Source: Adineta vaga (taxonomy: Eukaryota; Animalia; Rotifera). Taken from it: a stretch of 64,000 nucleotides of DNA. Numbering within the stretch: the first letter of the stretch is position 1; each line of letters begins with the position of its first letter. A program made the position numbers and the translations under genes. Of this stretch, positions 13,029-27,500 are shown piece after piece. The notes under the pieces are model-generated. The model was not told where the DNA came from and did not search any database. It worked only from the letters and a program-made list of their open reading frames with translations. The stretch covers positions 13,206,001 through 13,270,000 of the forward strand of contig CP075492.1 of the NCBI GenBank assembly GCA_021613535.1. The letters run 5' to 3'.

Positions 13029-13975
13029 CTTGCTTGATACAATAGTTACTATCCTAACCGTTTGCATATGATTCGTCGATGAATCATAGTTGAACGTTCT
13101 TTGAAAATCTTACGAAAAAGTGTACTTGATAATGTATTGACAAAAAACTCTTGCAAAAATTTAGATAGAAGAGAAAACTTGATATTTGTAATAATAATTT
13201 TTCAATTGCAACACGATAACTATCTTTAGTATCATTCGTTGTAATTACTGTATAAGAATAATATGCTGTTCGAATATTCAATAGAATTGAACTGGATATC
13301 ACTTGAAATAATGTCATTTGAATCAGATGTGTATCAGTTCGATCTTTTTGTCTATCCGTTGTTTGACTTATACGTTGTCGACTCTTTCGAACACTATAGT
13401 ATGTGATTAGACTGAATATAAACATTTATTTGTGGTATTAAAATTGTCCAAAAAATGCTATACATAGATAACAAGTATGAATAAACACCGGCTAATGCAT
13501 AACATTTCGGTCGAAGATCATAGAAGATTAATTGATGAAAACTTGCAAGACTATTCACAATAATTGGAAGATATGTCATTCGATGTGCAATCTTAATTTG
13601 ACTAAATGAACGAAGTCGTGTACTTTGTGATGTTGATAAACATCGATCAAGAGATGCTAAAACAAGATAACCTGTTGAAATCATCGGCAATACCCATGTG
13701 AGATATGCTCGTAATCGACACCAGACAAAATTTGAATCTTCTAATGTACTACGAAATTGTTCACTAGCTAGTTTTGAAAAAAGGCCGAGATTAATATAAA
13801 TAAAATCGAATATAGCAGACATGAGAAAATACCATCCACAAGAATTGTGACGTAATTGTTTGACTGTAAATGTAGTAAAATTACAAATACATCCGATATT
13901 ACCAAGAACAAGAATGATATAGGGAGTGTAAAGCGTAATATAAGCACGTAGATTTTGTATTGATACAATATCCAT
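13029..13975 (-). pseudogene. Single-exon rhodopsin-like (lineage-expanded) GPCR with two frameshifts as read
   Basis: GNIGCICNF, LASLDRCL and 7TM pattern; frame break near 13425 (CAA ATA A ATG) and in a T6 run near 13142-13147 (shifted frame gives FVNTLSSTLFRKIFKER); 3' end approximate; may be consensus errors. Confidence 0.65.
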
Positions 13976-14319
13976 CTTGAATTTTTGTGTAAATTAGAAT
14001 AAAAACATCATTTTTATACTTCTTTTTCTAAAGAACTCTAATGGATAATATAAAAATAGCAAAATGATGTCTTACACCATTATCTACATAAAAACGTCAG
14101 TTAGCCGTGAACATAATGCTGATTAAGAGAGTCTAGATAGTCTTCTATTCGTAATTTACTTTCTTCTCATCACATCATATTATAGATGAACGACTAAATC
14201 CGTAATGAATAGTTACGAAGAAAAATTTAATGAGAATTAGTAGGAAAAAAAACATGATGTGTTTCTTAGCGACAAGACATTTGTCTTTTTAAAAAAAACA
14301 ATCTGAGCAGAGTTTAAAC

Positions 14320-15670
14320 CTATGAAGAGGAATTGTATGATAGATTTTGTGCACCAATATGAACAACTACAGTACATGGATCAGTTGGATCACAGCTGAG
14401 TTTTAACCAAAACCCTAATTGATAGAGTTTATTACTTTCAATGGATTCTAAAATTAATTGTGTAAGAGAAAGTGAACCATCTGTACGAAAACTGAATGCG
14501 CCAGATTTGGGATTATCTTTCACATGATTAGATAAACAGGATCGATTATTGCAAGACCATTCATTTCCCATCTTTCGTTCAAAATTGCCATTTTGAATGA
14601 AATTTGATGTCGAATTGAATGTGATATCATCGATATAAACATACTGTTGCTTACCAATATTGAATACGAACGATACAGAAAACGTTTCATGCGATTTTGT
14701 AGCAATCCAATCAAAACAATAAAATTGATAGTCTTGCGAACGATTCACTACTATTCTATATTTCAATTCATTAGATACCATTTTGATGCAATCTATAGAA
14801 AAAACAGAATATCGATTATCTATACGAAGTATTTGTTTTTGATGAAATAATTCTACTCGTTGGTTGAACCTTTGAAGTTTGAATAGATTGCCGAGGATCT
14901 GTATCTTGGATTAATAAATAATTTGTTGCTATAGAGTACAAAAGGAAGTTTTAAATTCTTCTTTTACTATCAAAACTCACTTTGAATCGATTGAAAAAGT
15001 TTATTAAAATTATTTGTATTCGTTTGTAGTACCACCAATGTATGTCTTTTTGATTTATAATAATTATTTCCACGATATTTTTTATAAATTATCACTGTTC
15101 CAGCTTTGGATAATGCTCGTTTCATTATTTTTATTCGAGATAAACGAAAATTTGTATAGGATGAATCGAAATTAATTTGTAGATAAACAAATAATCGATC
15201 TGCAGATAACATGAACGCTTTGATAATAACAACTCTTGCATTAATCATTCAACATTGTATTTAACTAAAGTAGAATACTCAACTATTGAAATAGATAAAT
15301 CTCAACAAACTTGATTCTGCATGGATAGAATCAGTTGTAATGTTAATGCAGATGATGAATACCATTTTTCAATTGATTGTTTTTGTTTTGTTTGGGATTT
15401 ATTAAAGATATATTGACTAGAATCGAACGTATCAACTATTAAAAAAGGAGCAGTTTTTTTTTTCTAGGTGGAATATAAAAGAACTAAGCTACCTGATCTA
15501 GCTGACCTGCCTGTTCTAGATGTTGTTGCCGATTTATCTTCCAAATAAACTGGAATCAATGAAAGAATAATAATCGAACTAATTGACAAGCCAATGATCA
15601 AAAGTGTGACGCATATGAATATATTGGCTCGAGATCTATTCGGATTTGGCGGTATTGGTGGAGGTCGCAT
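14320..15670 (-). CDS. Uncharacterised type II membrane protein with a C-terminal galactose-binding/CBM-like domain, multi-exon
   Basis: N-terminal MRPPP plus TM segment (IFICVTLLIIGLSISSIIILSLIPVYL); C-terminal YIDDITF...NFIQNGNFE...W...LYQLGFWL pattern; internal exon boundaries uncertain. Confidence 0.5.
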
Positions 15671-16229
15671 TTCCGAAATAAAACGAATCGTAAGCTATAT
15701 TTCTTGTTGGACCCAACCTTTCCAATTCAAATTTGAATGGGACATATTGCATTTTCATCAATGACAAGCATATTTTTCCGACATGACTTTATATTGATGA
15801 TTCATTAGCAAATTAATGATGTATGCATCGATATTATTGATTGAAACCTCTTTCCTTTTAATTTTCATGGTCATATGTAATGTGATGAAAGATACATATC
15901 ATTACATCATAGACGCAAAAGTATGTTTTTTTTTTCGTACAACCGTTTTGATGATGAAAAATGAAAAAAATATTGTGTCAAGGATCATAACGCTGAAGAA
16001 GCGACAAAAATACCAAAAGTTTTCATTGCATCTGACAGCAAAACGAAAACATTGGCACACAACGTCGCAGATGTTTTCTTCAGTCAAATGCAAGCAAAAT
16101 AACTGTGCTATACAGTGTTTAGATAGTGTGAACAACGATGTAACTATAATAACATTTGGATTTTTCACTTTCTGTCTGGCGTAGTAAGAGAAGGGATTGA
16201 ACAAAGATTTGTACTCTAAAACAGGATAA

Positions 16230-16800
16230 AGAGATATCGACGTAACGACATTTTTCTGATTTCGCTGAACAACGATGAAAATATACGTAATTGCTTCCTG
16301 ATTATTTGAAGAACATATCGTAACTCGCATGCATGGAAACGTCTCAAGTGTGTGCAATTTTTTATCTTTTCTGATAATCGAACTTATTCCGAATAATGGA
16401 TCAAATATTGGCTAAAAGTGCAATGTATCTTTAAAGATATCTCATCGATTTGTAGCATTTTAAAACAGACTATTTATCAATATGAGCGAAATCCCATGTC
16501 AATCGGCTTTGTAATCTCCAATAAAAAATTGAATCAGGCAAATCTAACTTTTATGTATACACAAATCGTGAAAGAAATATTAATGAGTATTAAAATCCAA
16601 GAAAAACATCTGCAAGAATACGATAACTTCTGTTATACTATATTTGCCGACAATGCACATGAATTAAACAGCGTTATAAAAATTCGAAGAATACTATCGT
16701 AGTAGAATACTAATATGAGAGTATACTTACGATTCTTTTTTATATTCTCTGCTCAATCATGCACTACGATCAATGGATGGAGATATTATTGTACAAACGA
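16230..16800 (+). pseudogene. Decayed fragment of a bdelloid-type ADP-ribosyltransferase/TPR family gene (N-terminal part)
   Basis: ...FFIFSDNRTYSE*WIKYWLKVQCIFKDISSIC, FMYTQIVKEILM, then in another frame YTYDSFLYSLLNHALRSMDGDIIV; several stops and frameshifts; truncated. Confidence 0.65.
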
Positions 16801-16944
16801 GCAAATATGTCTGTTGATCGATACAAAGTAACTTTAAAAATATTTATTTTTATTAAAACATGAGTTTTTCATGGAGGAAGGAAAACCAAAAATGCATGAG
16901 GTCATTTCCATTCTAAAAGAATATCATTGCCAAAATGTTTGATA

Positions 16945-18400
16945 TCATAATTTGAGAGTAAATTTTCGAAAGTAATCAGTTTTTTTAGTTTATCAATTAT
17001 GTTTTCAATTGAATTTGGAATTCTAGTAAGATGTACAAACTTGAGTTGAGGAACATGGGTATTGTATTGCTTCAAAATAAAGCGTGAAGATTTCAGGATC
17101 TATGTTTTTTGAAACATCGATTTGAAAATATTGAAGACATGGACATAAATTGAGGAGAAGATGGATTTGCTGAATATCTTTGATATTCTTAAGATTAACT
17201 TTTGTGATTCTATTATTTCTTGATGTTGAAAACTATATTTCTATATTGCTAATAGTCAACCAATCTTCTGGTATAGGTGATAAATGTAGAACTTTTAACA
17301 AATCCAAGTTTGGTAATAATTCAATAAATTGCATTAACATTGAAACAGAAATTTCTAAGCAATTAATGTCCAAATGAGTAAAATGATTATGAAGACGTAG
17401 ATTGTAAAAATTAATAAAAGGTGAACCGCATCTTTCTTCTAATGAATATATACTTATACTAAGTTGAATAGGTAAATGAATTTGTGTTGGCAATTGAGCA
17501 ATCTCTTCTTGAATAGTATTAAAGATGATGTAAGGATTATCTGTGCAAGTGAATTGAATGGATGACTTCATGATCTTTGATTTCAACATTGAAACAGCAT
17601 TGATATTCTGTCCAGAATGGCGAAGTAAATTGATGCAAATTGTCAAAATACCAAGTATCGTCATATGCAAATGATGACATCAATAATGGCATATGTTTCT
17701 GATAAACTGTCACAATGTAAATGCCGTAAGTGACATGTATGTTGTAGTATATTGAGTAATTCTTTAAGAGTGCACCTATGCTTAAAAACTAATGATTCTA
17801 TGTTGCTAGGCGACTCATTAGCAGCTGAAGGCATAATTATGTATAAGTTTTTATCAATATCCGTAAGAAAGGATAATTTGTTGTATTTCAATGCACGTAA
17901 TAGTAAAATCATTCGATAGATAATACCTAAATCAGGATTAAAATTCCATTCATGGTTAGGAGTTGTAATTAATGAGAAGAGTCGAGGAAGTGATCTTAAA
18001 TGTAACAATAGTGAGTGGAAGTTTGGTACATCTATGCCTAGAAGACAGATAGACTCCAGATGATCGAATGATGACTCAATGACACAATGTCTAAGAAAAT
18101 TATGGACATGATAATCATTTTGGAAATTGAGTGAGACAAGAGAAGATCTGTTAGGAAATACAAAGTTCTTGCAATATTCCGGTAATTCTAGTCGTACTTT
18201 TGAATCAATCGTAATCTTTACTGGGAATGATAAATTTGTAAGAAATTGTTGAAAACGAAAGTTAATATTGAAGAATGCTTTGTAAATATCGTATCCATCG
18301 AGATATTCAAAGATTTCATAAAATAATTCATTTGAGAAATGTTCAATACGAGAAAGTTCGTTTTCCGAAAGTATTGGATCATACTTGTCACTATCGCATG
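16945..18400 (-). pseudogene. F-box/LRR-like gene of the rotifer-expanded type, disrupted
   Basis: LSRIEHFSNELFYEIFEYLDGYDIYKAFFNINFRF (F-box-like, ~18260-18360), LRSLPRLFSL, LLPNLDLLKV; frame break at ~17661-17670 and in-frame TAG at 17233-17235 with coding-like sequence continuing (NNRITKVNL...LLNLCPCLQYFQID); ends approximate. Confidence 0.65.
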
Positions 18401-18902
18401 TTGCTGAAAGGAAAACGCTGAGTTTTCATTTCATTCGTCAATAAACTAAACTTACTTCGTCTTCTTTTTAATTCGACACTCACATGTGCTCGATCATTAA
18501 TTAACAAATCGTTTGTTAGGATGCATATTATTTTATTAATTCAGTGTAAATTTCTAACATCTTTCTAACATACAATTGTTTGCTGACGAAAAAAACACAA
18601 TTTCTTTCGTTCTTCTTTCTTTTCTTTCACGCTGTGATACATTTATAACATGGAAAAAAAACAACCATCAAATATTTATATTTTCAGTTATATTACTCAT
18701 TAGATAATTTTTTTTCCTGTGATTAAGATGAAAAGAAAAGAAAATTGACGAAAAAATAAACATCTTGTTCCGTTAAAACTGCATTATATCGAAAATCAAA
18801 CTAATTTCATCAATTTCAGTTACCATCATGTGAACGATTTCTTGAGCGATAGAGAATCAATGAACTCATAATCGATTCGGTCACTTGATGAGAAAAGTCA
18901 CA

Positions 18903-18985
18903 GCCAGGGTGGCCGAGTGGTTAAGGCGTTGGACTTAAGATCCAATTCACAATAGTGAGCATGGGTTCGATCCCCATCCCTGGCA
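18903..18985 (+). tRNA. tRNA-Leu(TAA)
   Basis: GCCAGGG...CCCTGGCA acceptor stem; D arm TGGCCGAGTGGTTAAGGC; anticodon arm TTGGA-CTTAAGA-TCCAA; long variable arm; GGTTCGATCC; T-run downstream. Confidence 0.95.
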
Positions 18986-19163
18986 TAATTACAACATTTT
19001 TTTTGTGTTCTGTAAGTTGTCCAATGCAAAGATTAGAGTGGAAACTAAATCATACGATCTATCATAAGATTTGACTTTCTCGATAGTAAAAGAAAAAACT
19101 GAATAAGTGATTTTTTCATAAATATAACATTTTATTTAGTTTCAATATCGAAAAAAAAAATAA

Positions 19164-19811
19164 CTAAGTTGTAATAGTTCCTATTAATAATCCACAAACA
19201 GCCAAAATCATTCGTCTCCAAGAATGATGTTCACATTCATTTCGAATCACATAGCGAGAGATCCATTTTTCGTAGATAACCATAAAAGTAGTTATCATCC
19301 AAGTAAAGAATAAAACAAAGTTAACGAAGAAATCAATATTCATTTTATAAAAAATAACACAAAAGTAACAAATACCGAATAATAAAATGTCGTATTGAAA
19401 ACGTTTAGCATTAGAATGTATAGCAAATAAAGTACGAATTATCAATGACCAAAGTATGGATGAATTCTTTTTTGCTTTTTTTAGGCCAATTAATTTTGTT
19501 ACAGATACCTGCGGGGACCATCGTTGTTCAAATGAAATATCAGATTTTATTTCTTTTGAAATTGATTGAGGAAGAATAAAACAAGGAAGAGTTTGACAAG
19601 AGTGTATATTATAAAGAGAAAGATGAGTTAGTATCTCATCTTGTATAGCTAGTTCAGAATTATTATTAGTCTCCATCATTGGAGAAATTTCATGAAAATC
19701 TATTTGCATATTCGATAACTTCTTATTAACAATTGATTGATCAATGAATTCTATCATATCACATAAATATTGTTCGACTTCATTTTTCTTCATCGTTTCT
19801 TTAGAATTCAT
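19164..19811 (-). CDS. Hypothetical protein with C-terminal hydrophobic (TM) segments
   Basis: Open frame of over 200 codons with several C-terminal hydrophobic stretches; no recognised family; 5' end uncertain. Confidence 0.4.
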   Translation of the reverse strand: MNSKETMKKNEVEQYLCDMIEFIDQSIVNKKLSNMQIDFHEISPMMETNNNSELAIQDEILTHLSLYNIHSCQTLPCFILPQSISKEIKSDISFEQRWSPQVSVTKLIGLKKAKKNSSILWSLIIRTLFAIHSNAKRFQYDILLFGICYFCVIFYKMNIDFFVNFVLFFTWMITTFMVIYEKWISRYVIRNECEHHSWRRMILAVCGLLIGTITT

Positions 19812-20211
19812 TGATATAATATTTATGCAACGATACAATTTCACAATTTTTTCGAATAAAAAAAAGTACAATGAAGAATGGCGGTTTTCCTGAAATAATT
19901 ACAGGAAATGATGTTTGAACGTAAAAGCAATGTCATGCATTCACTTTTACTCCATACAGATCAGTGCGTATAAATTCTAGTCTACAGACATCTTTGTAAT
20001 TGATCAACTATACTCGGTATGTCTATTTGATGCTATTGCCTGCAGATACTCTTACATAGTTTTCAAAGTATTCTATTTTCGTCTTAGCGACATGTGCTTC
20101 TGACGTCATAATGGATGAGTAGTTTGTACTTAGAGTTCTTATTGATATTGAAAATAACAATTTTATTTCAGAGTTGAATATAATACATAATAGAACAAAA
20201 CACAAAAAGAG

Positions 20212-22337
20212 TTAATGAACTGTTTTTGATCTCAATCGAGAATCTCGATGAAGATTAACTCTTGTTTGTTCTATGACATTTCTTTCTGATGAATTTTGTT
20301 GTTGCGATGAACGCAATACTTTAATTAATTGTTTTGCTTGTCGATTTCTTTGTTTCAACATTATTTGTTGTTTACGTTTAAGAAAACAACATGAAAAATA
20401 TGCGTATAGAACTAATCGATATCGTTTCGACATAAAATAATATGTTAATGGATTACATGATGCAGATGCAAAGGAAAATAAAAGAATGAAATCGAGCCAA
20501 ATATTTGATGTTACGCGATAGAAATTCTTATGAAAAGTTCCAATTGTATGAAAGATAAATAATGGTGTCCAACAGACAAAAAATTCGACAATTAATGTTA
20601 TTAATAATTTTAAAGCTTTACGACGTTGTCGATCTATTCGTGAAATTGTCGATGAACAACTTTTTTTACTACTATTCTCAGAACTTAAACGTTGGATGTT
20701 TCTTCTTGGAAGGGAGTTAATTGGAAGTAAATGAGATGGAACAGGATGGGTCACTGTACGTATTCGCTCATATTGGTGTTTTTCTAGATAACAATCGGAT
20801 GGAAGAGTAGTAGGTCGAAAATCTTCATCACTAACACCTGATCTTGATCGAGTACTATCTTGACGTGATGATTGAAGAAGAGATTTTTCATAAGTTAAAT
20901 CTTGTTTGGTTTGAGAAGTTTTTGAGCGAAGTACAAAACAGTTATTCAATGAATTGAATGAAATTGAAGAAGAAAATGACTGAGTTTTATAAGGTAAACT
21001 ATCTACAATAAAAAAAATCATTTTTATTTTATCTTTTTAATTACATTAAATCAATTGAATATTTACTTTGTATTGCTCGCATCTTCTTTGCTGTACTATT
21101 TCGATACATTTTACAAATAATTGATATATACAAAATCATCATAACAACAATTGGAATGACAAAATAGAAAGCTAAAGAAAATACAGATGATTTTCTTATT
21201 TGTTTTTACTTTGAAAATTTTTTTTACCATCTAGAAAGATCATGTAGATCTTTTCATTGAATGTATCCGGTGCAATTTTTTCACATTTATACCGATCAGT
21301 TTTTGGTAAGAGACATAAATTATGAATATATATATTTGGTAAAGCAATGACAAGTCCTGATATCCATATAGAGATTAAGATAAAACCATTGACAAGTTTT
21401 GCATAACGAACGGATTGAAGTTTTAAGATACGTAAGGGATGACATATAGCTAAATATCGTTCAATACTGATACAAACAAGAGTAAAAACACCAACAGCAA
21501 CACTTAAACCTAAATATAGAAAATGCCACGCATATTTAAAAATATCTAACAAAAGTAGACATCCATCATTATCTCATCAGGTATTCATTTTTATTGTATA
21601 TTTTTCCTTTTTATCGAAAAATGATCAAAGAAATTTGATTTTCTAGTTGGAAAACACATCGACGCATATGTGTCTTTCATCTTTCGAATGAACACATTTG
21701 TCTGGCATATTTATCAACAGTCGGCTATTCAATGATCTGAATTACAAAAATAACTTCTATTGTTGTCTATTAGAAAACAATCTGCTGACTACATCGTAGT
21801 TCTGAGGACATTATTTTCTTCAGATTACTTTCAATTGAACAGCGTAATAATAATCTAAATCTAGTGACAAACGTCGCATGCTTTTATGTCGTTTTCTACC
21901 AACTCATACCCGGAGAGGTTCAATGTTCTATTGACAATGACGAACCATCTCAAGATTAATATTCTTCATTTCTTTTCTACAATTAAAATCTTTATTTTAC
22001 CTTGAACAACCGGTAAAATTTTACAAATCATTTTTCCGAACATAAAATTTCGTTTCATTCTTGCTATTATTGTAAATGGCATGAAACATGCACGTAAGAG
22101 ATCAGCACATGCTAAATTCGCCAAATATCTACTATTAGTTAATCGAATAGGTCCTTGTTTTCCAAACATTACAATCAATGCAGCTGTATTACCAAGAAAT
22201 GCAAGTGCAAAAATAATTAATGATATACAAATTGTAATCCATTCAATATCCGTTTTAATCGATTGATTTGATGCTGATAATTGTGACGTAGAAGACGAGT
22301 TTCGTTGAATAATTGTTCGACATAAACCGATTGACAT
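20212..22337 (-). CDS. Cholecystokinin/sulfakinin receptor-like class A GPCR (4 exons)
   Basis: NLACADLLRACFMPFTI...FMFGKMICK, SVAVGVFTLVCISIERYLAICHPL, IVEFFVCWTPLF, SASCNPLTYYFMSKRYR. Confidence 0.8.
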
Positions 22338-24525
22338 GTTTATTTCTATTGATTGAATCTTCGAGAACTAAAAGAAAAAGGGGAAAGGACTAACTCATCA
22401 TTATCCTATTTCTTTATTCAATTTCATAAAATACAAGAAAAGTATAATTCAATTTGTTAGACGCAAAAATGTCAGTTATTTCCTCTCAAGATGAACTTCT
22501 ATTTTTTTATTTTTATTGTTGTTCTTCTTCTTTTCTTTCGAAAGTAATGACTGGTGCATATTTATTCAAAATGCTCTATATGATGCGAGCGAAATAGAGA
22601 GAGCGAGAGAGAAATAAGTAGATTTTCTATGAGAAATCTTCTCTCCTCTGATCATTTATATAAATGAAATATTTGACAAAGAGAAAAAAAAGTACAGAAG
22701 TTTTTCCTATGATTACAAATAATTTCTAAACTATTATTATTGAATTTTATTTTGAAATTTAACAGTATAATCGAGTCTGACAGATACTATGTCATAAGAT
22801 TAATCAAACTTATACTTAATTATGTGTAAGAAATTCGATAAACGTCAGATTATATAATCAAATCTAGATAATTATGTGCAAAAAAATGTTTTTTACATAT
22901 TAATGGGATATACAAAAACATCTTCAATAGAGAGATAACATTTAAATCATATTCCATGCGAATGAGTGCTTGAGCAATGGAAAATTCCAGAGAAGATAAT
23001 CAAATGAAGTTTAGCTCGACTGATGACTGGTAGATTAAAATAGAAGACTTTTTTTTATAAATTCTATTCGTGACAGGAATTCGTCTAGAAAGTCTCCTCA
23101 GACACTAGCTAATGCGTTTCTGATCTACTTTTTAGAAAATTATCCATTAGATACAAAAAAAAGAGCGTAGAATTGATGGAAAGAAGTAATGCATTTCATC
23201 ACAGAAATAGTTCGATTATTAACCATTATTCTGTTACGTTGGAGATCAATCTGCTTACTTTTCTCACTTGTTTTATAAAAGATCTAACTGAAGATGAAGT
23301 ATTAAAAAAATAAAAAGCAACGACTATCTGTCATCTTAGGGTAAATCGGAAATCTCTTAATTTTGAAGTACTGTCTAACGACACTTTCATTTGTAGGAGT
23401 GAGAAAAAAAAGAAGAAACGCATTTTATTTAAAGTTCTTTCCGTTTACTTTTCTTAATTTTACTATTTAAATCTTAACGTGAAAAGAAAATTTCTTTCTA
23501 TACACGTAAACAATATGTTATCAATTAATAAAATGAACTATTGAGGTACAAAATAAATATTCCGAACAGAAAAATAACCTGGTCGATTTTTTCAACAAAA
23601 TCCATCTGCAAAAAAAGCAGATCTTTTTCTTTGAAATCAAGCGTGAAACTTTTAAAAGGAAATCCTCTATGTTCAATTATTTACGAACAAATTAATCTCG
23701 CTTAGGTGATTCACTTTGCACCAGCACAATTTCATTTACCTCATGAACTTCATTGCTTTCTATTTTAAGATAAATACTTACGACGTAATTAAGAATCTCG
23801 AAAGTTAAATTACAGTTTTTCTCTACTTATATAATCGTTGTTCGGAAGAGAGAAAGGATGTAATTCTTTCAAAGCAAAAAAAAACAAAAGGAAAGGAACC
23901 CTGTGTACTTAAAGAAATCAATATTAGAAAGAAGAAACGAAAGTGATACTACACTACAATCAGAATTTTAAAACACAAAGGCAGGTAAGCATAATACTTG
24001 CAACAAATTACCGAAGGGAGTTAGAGCTATGAAAACTTCATTATCCAAAATAAAGGAATAGAATGCAATACAAGACTCTTCTAATAAATGATGAAAATGC
24101 CAGACCTCTAGCTGTCTTCGGTAAGATATTATAAGCATTATGCCCACCTGTTCTTTCCTTTAAATCCGATAATGTCATGATTTTGTTTTTCAAGGGCTTC
24201 TGTCGAAGTTTTATTGCCATCATTTATCTAATAAAATACATTCTGTCAATCTTCATTAATAATAAAAATCCGTTAACTGTCTTATATACTGAGTGCATGC
24301 CTGATTATTTTGTAAAGAGCAACTTGAACTCGTTATTTTTTCCAAACAATAGAAATCCGATCCTCAGACGATTGACATGCTATACTTGAAATTTGACAGA
24401 GTCTAACAGTAATGATTATATGTAGATATCTCGAGATGTTAAACTTCGCTTTGATCATGTTTAGATTCACTTTGCTTAGTTATTATTTATTCGAATGATA
24501 AGAAAAAAAGAGAACAATCTAAAAA

Positions 24526-27500
24526 TCAATTGTTTTGATCATTATTTGGAATATAAATAATCGTCAGATCGGTGGCAGGTAGAAGATAACATTTTGTTTG
24601 ACATTGAGTTGTCATTAAATTTTTCTTTCTTTCATCAAATTTTTCTTGTAATATTCGTTTTCGAGTATTTTCAGATGTTGCTAATGTACGTTCATCATCT
24701 CCGGCAAGTTTTATTGTACTAGATCGAATCATTGATGAACTATCACCAATAACTTTTAATAAGGATGTTACTGTTTCATTGATTGGAATTTGTTTTGCTA
24801 TAGAACATAGAATAGAAATTGTCTTTCTCGAAAACTTAAGAAAGAATAACAAACCTTGTGTTGTTAGTTTATTAAATGTCGGTGCTGCTTGTCGTGAGAC
24901 CATCGAGGAAAATCGTGAACCAAAATTTTTGATTTTATCAATTGTTGCTGTATTATTCGATGTTGATTCACGATTCATTGTTGCAAGTGGTGGCATTTCT
25001 GTTACAGAAATACTCATTCGTCTTTGAAATGGTTCGACATCATCAGGTAAACTATTCATTCTAGACAAGAGAGAGAGAGAGAAAATTTCAGATTAATTGG
25101 AATAGTTAAGAGACAAATAAATAGAGACTAGAGCGGTGTTAATCAACTATACTCACGACGCTTTATCAAGACTAGAATTGTCAAGCGTTTTTTCAAGTTT
25201 TCTTTGGGTTTTTAAATAAGATTCTACCTGTGCAATGGCCTTTCATGAAGTTTAAGAGATTTTTGTCCACAATAATTCAATACGGAGACAAGTAATTGAC
25301 CGATTGTTTTTAGGTAATCTAGATAACGTATGAGAAATACAATGAAAATTTAAAATAATTATCGTGTTTACCATTGATTTGATCAATAGTTTGAATCGTC
25401 ATTACAGATGTATTAAAAACTTGAACATTTGTACCACGAAATTGATGATAATAACCACCAGTTTGTCCATCTTTTACATAATGAATACGAAGTGTCCAAG
25501 AACTATCAGGTGGTGATGAAGGATTAGGACCTAAATATTTCTTTTCATCATCAAAGTATTTCTTTTAAATAGTAATTCTACGAACCGATTTCAACTTTGT
25601 CAATCGATGCAAATGGTGTTTCTTTACAGGAAATAACTTTTTGAAATGTTTCGTCATAACTATGAAAATTTATCAAATTGAATTAGATAAATTTGAAGAA
25701 TAAAATCTTACCAAACAACAAAATATCGCGTAGATGTAAGAACAAGCACACAATCAGGTTCAGTTTGATCAACAGATATTCTTAAAATTGAATTAAATGA
25801 TAGGAGAAGAGCAAAATATAGAATTTTCTTACTCATCTAAATCACTATCGTTAATAAGAAGCCATGTTCCAAGACAATCTTCTGTCTCTTCACAAACACA
25901 CATTTTTCGACAATCAAGAATCATTTGTTTTAAAATTTCTTCACGATTTGTTATCTTCAAAAGAATTATTGTGTAATTGAGAAATATAAAAATCGAACTC
26001 ATTTACAGTTTCATTTGGATTTTCTAATTCTAGAGCAGCTGTCGTTATACCATCTTTAGTTGCATCAATTGTAGCTGGTTTTTGTTTTTGCATAGCATCA
26101 TAACATTGTTGCCGTAGAGTATCTTTTTTAAAACGACGATAATAACGATTTGCTGAGATTTTACCATCAGCTAGAACTCCTTTAATATCACGACGTCCGG
26201 TACGTGTAAAATCGCCCTAAAATATCAGATTTAGAAGAAAACTATGTTTTTACTGATATTCTTCTAAAATTTATAACCTTTAATATTTACTAAAAATATG
26301 TAATCGCATTCCAACATGGGGATGTAGCTCATATGGTAGAGCGCTCGCTTAGCATGCGAGAGGTATTGGGATCGATGCCCAACTTCTCCACTCTTTTTTA
26401 TCTTTTCTCTATGGATTAAAAAAGACAGTCAGTTATATTATGATACAAAAAACACGTTTTTTCCTATCACGATTTTGTTTTTATTATTCGATTATTCAGT
26501 CGAAATCAATCACACTAAGATTTGTATATATTTGTCAAAAACCCTATGTAGTAAAACACGCGAAAGCTCTTTCTTTCCTTTACCACGTTTACGCATTATT
26601 TTTCTTTTGGAGAAAAATCTTTATCAACGTATTTGTGTTTGATGAAGCATATTTACATTAGAAAAAGTAAGTTACAAGTTTTTTTTTCGTTTTGTGTAGT
26701 GTAATTCATCTAAGCAGATAACTATCTGACTACCTCATATGGAAACACCAGCAGAGACAACTAAAGTGCTGTGCGTTATTTGTACTAAAGCGAAAGGTAT
26801 ATTCAAATGTGAAGGATGTTCACAAGTCTTTTGTCCAAAACATTCAACAGATCATCGAAATGAGCTTAGTAAACAACTTGATGAAATTGCTCTCACTCAC
26901 GATCTCATCCAACAAACACTTAATCAGCAAACAAAAGACCCTCAACAGCATCCTTTATTAAAGAAAATTAATCAGTGGGAATCAAAATCTATGAATAAGA
27001 TCCGTCAAATGGCTGAAGAAATCAGAAATGAAGTACTGAAAAGTTCTGTTCAACATACAACTGGATTGAAACAGAAATTGCAACTAGTGTCTAGTGAATT
27101 GAGACAAGGTCGAGAAGAGAATGATTTTAGTGAGATCGATTTACATCAATGGATACAGAAGTTAGAGGAACTAAAAAATGAACTGCATAATCCAACAACG
27201 ATTAATATTCAAGAAGACTCTACTACACTTATATCCAAGATTAGAATCGCTCGTCAAAATACATCCGATATATTTGAACGTGTCTGCGGTACTGTGGACA
27301 TAAGAGATAATGGCTACCTTGTAGTAAAACATAATTCAAATGATCATACAGAAATGCGTGGAAAAAATGAGTACAGCAATGGAATACACACTCTTCAATT
27401 TCGAATAGAGCAGTTAATTCAAAATGGTTGGGTCTTTTTTGGAATAATTTCAAAATTAGAACCTATGAGGACACTTTCGTATTATTCTCCTTCCACTCAT

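Noticed and set aside
15816-16357. Overlapping 122-aa (+) and 151-aa (-) ORFs
   Set aside because: No recognisable motifs; composition is that of AT-rich noncoding DNA or antisense of the ART-like pseudogene
24000-24400. Slightly more GC-rich, coding-looking stretch between the CCK-like receptor and SAC2
   Set aside because: Only short frames with frequent stops and no identifiable family; may be an old gene remnant but cannot be supported
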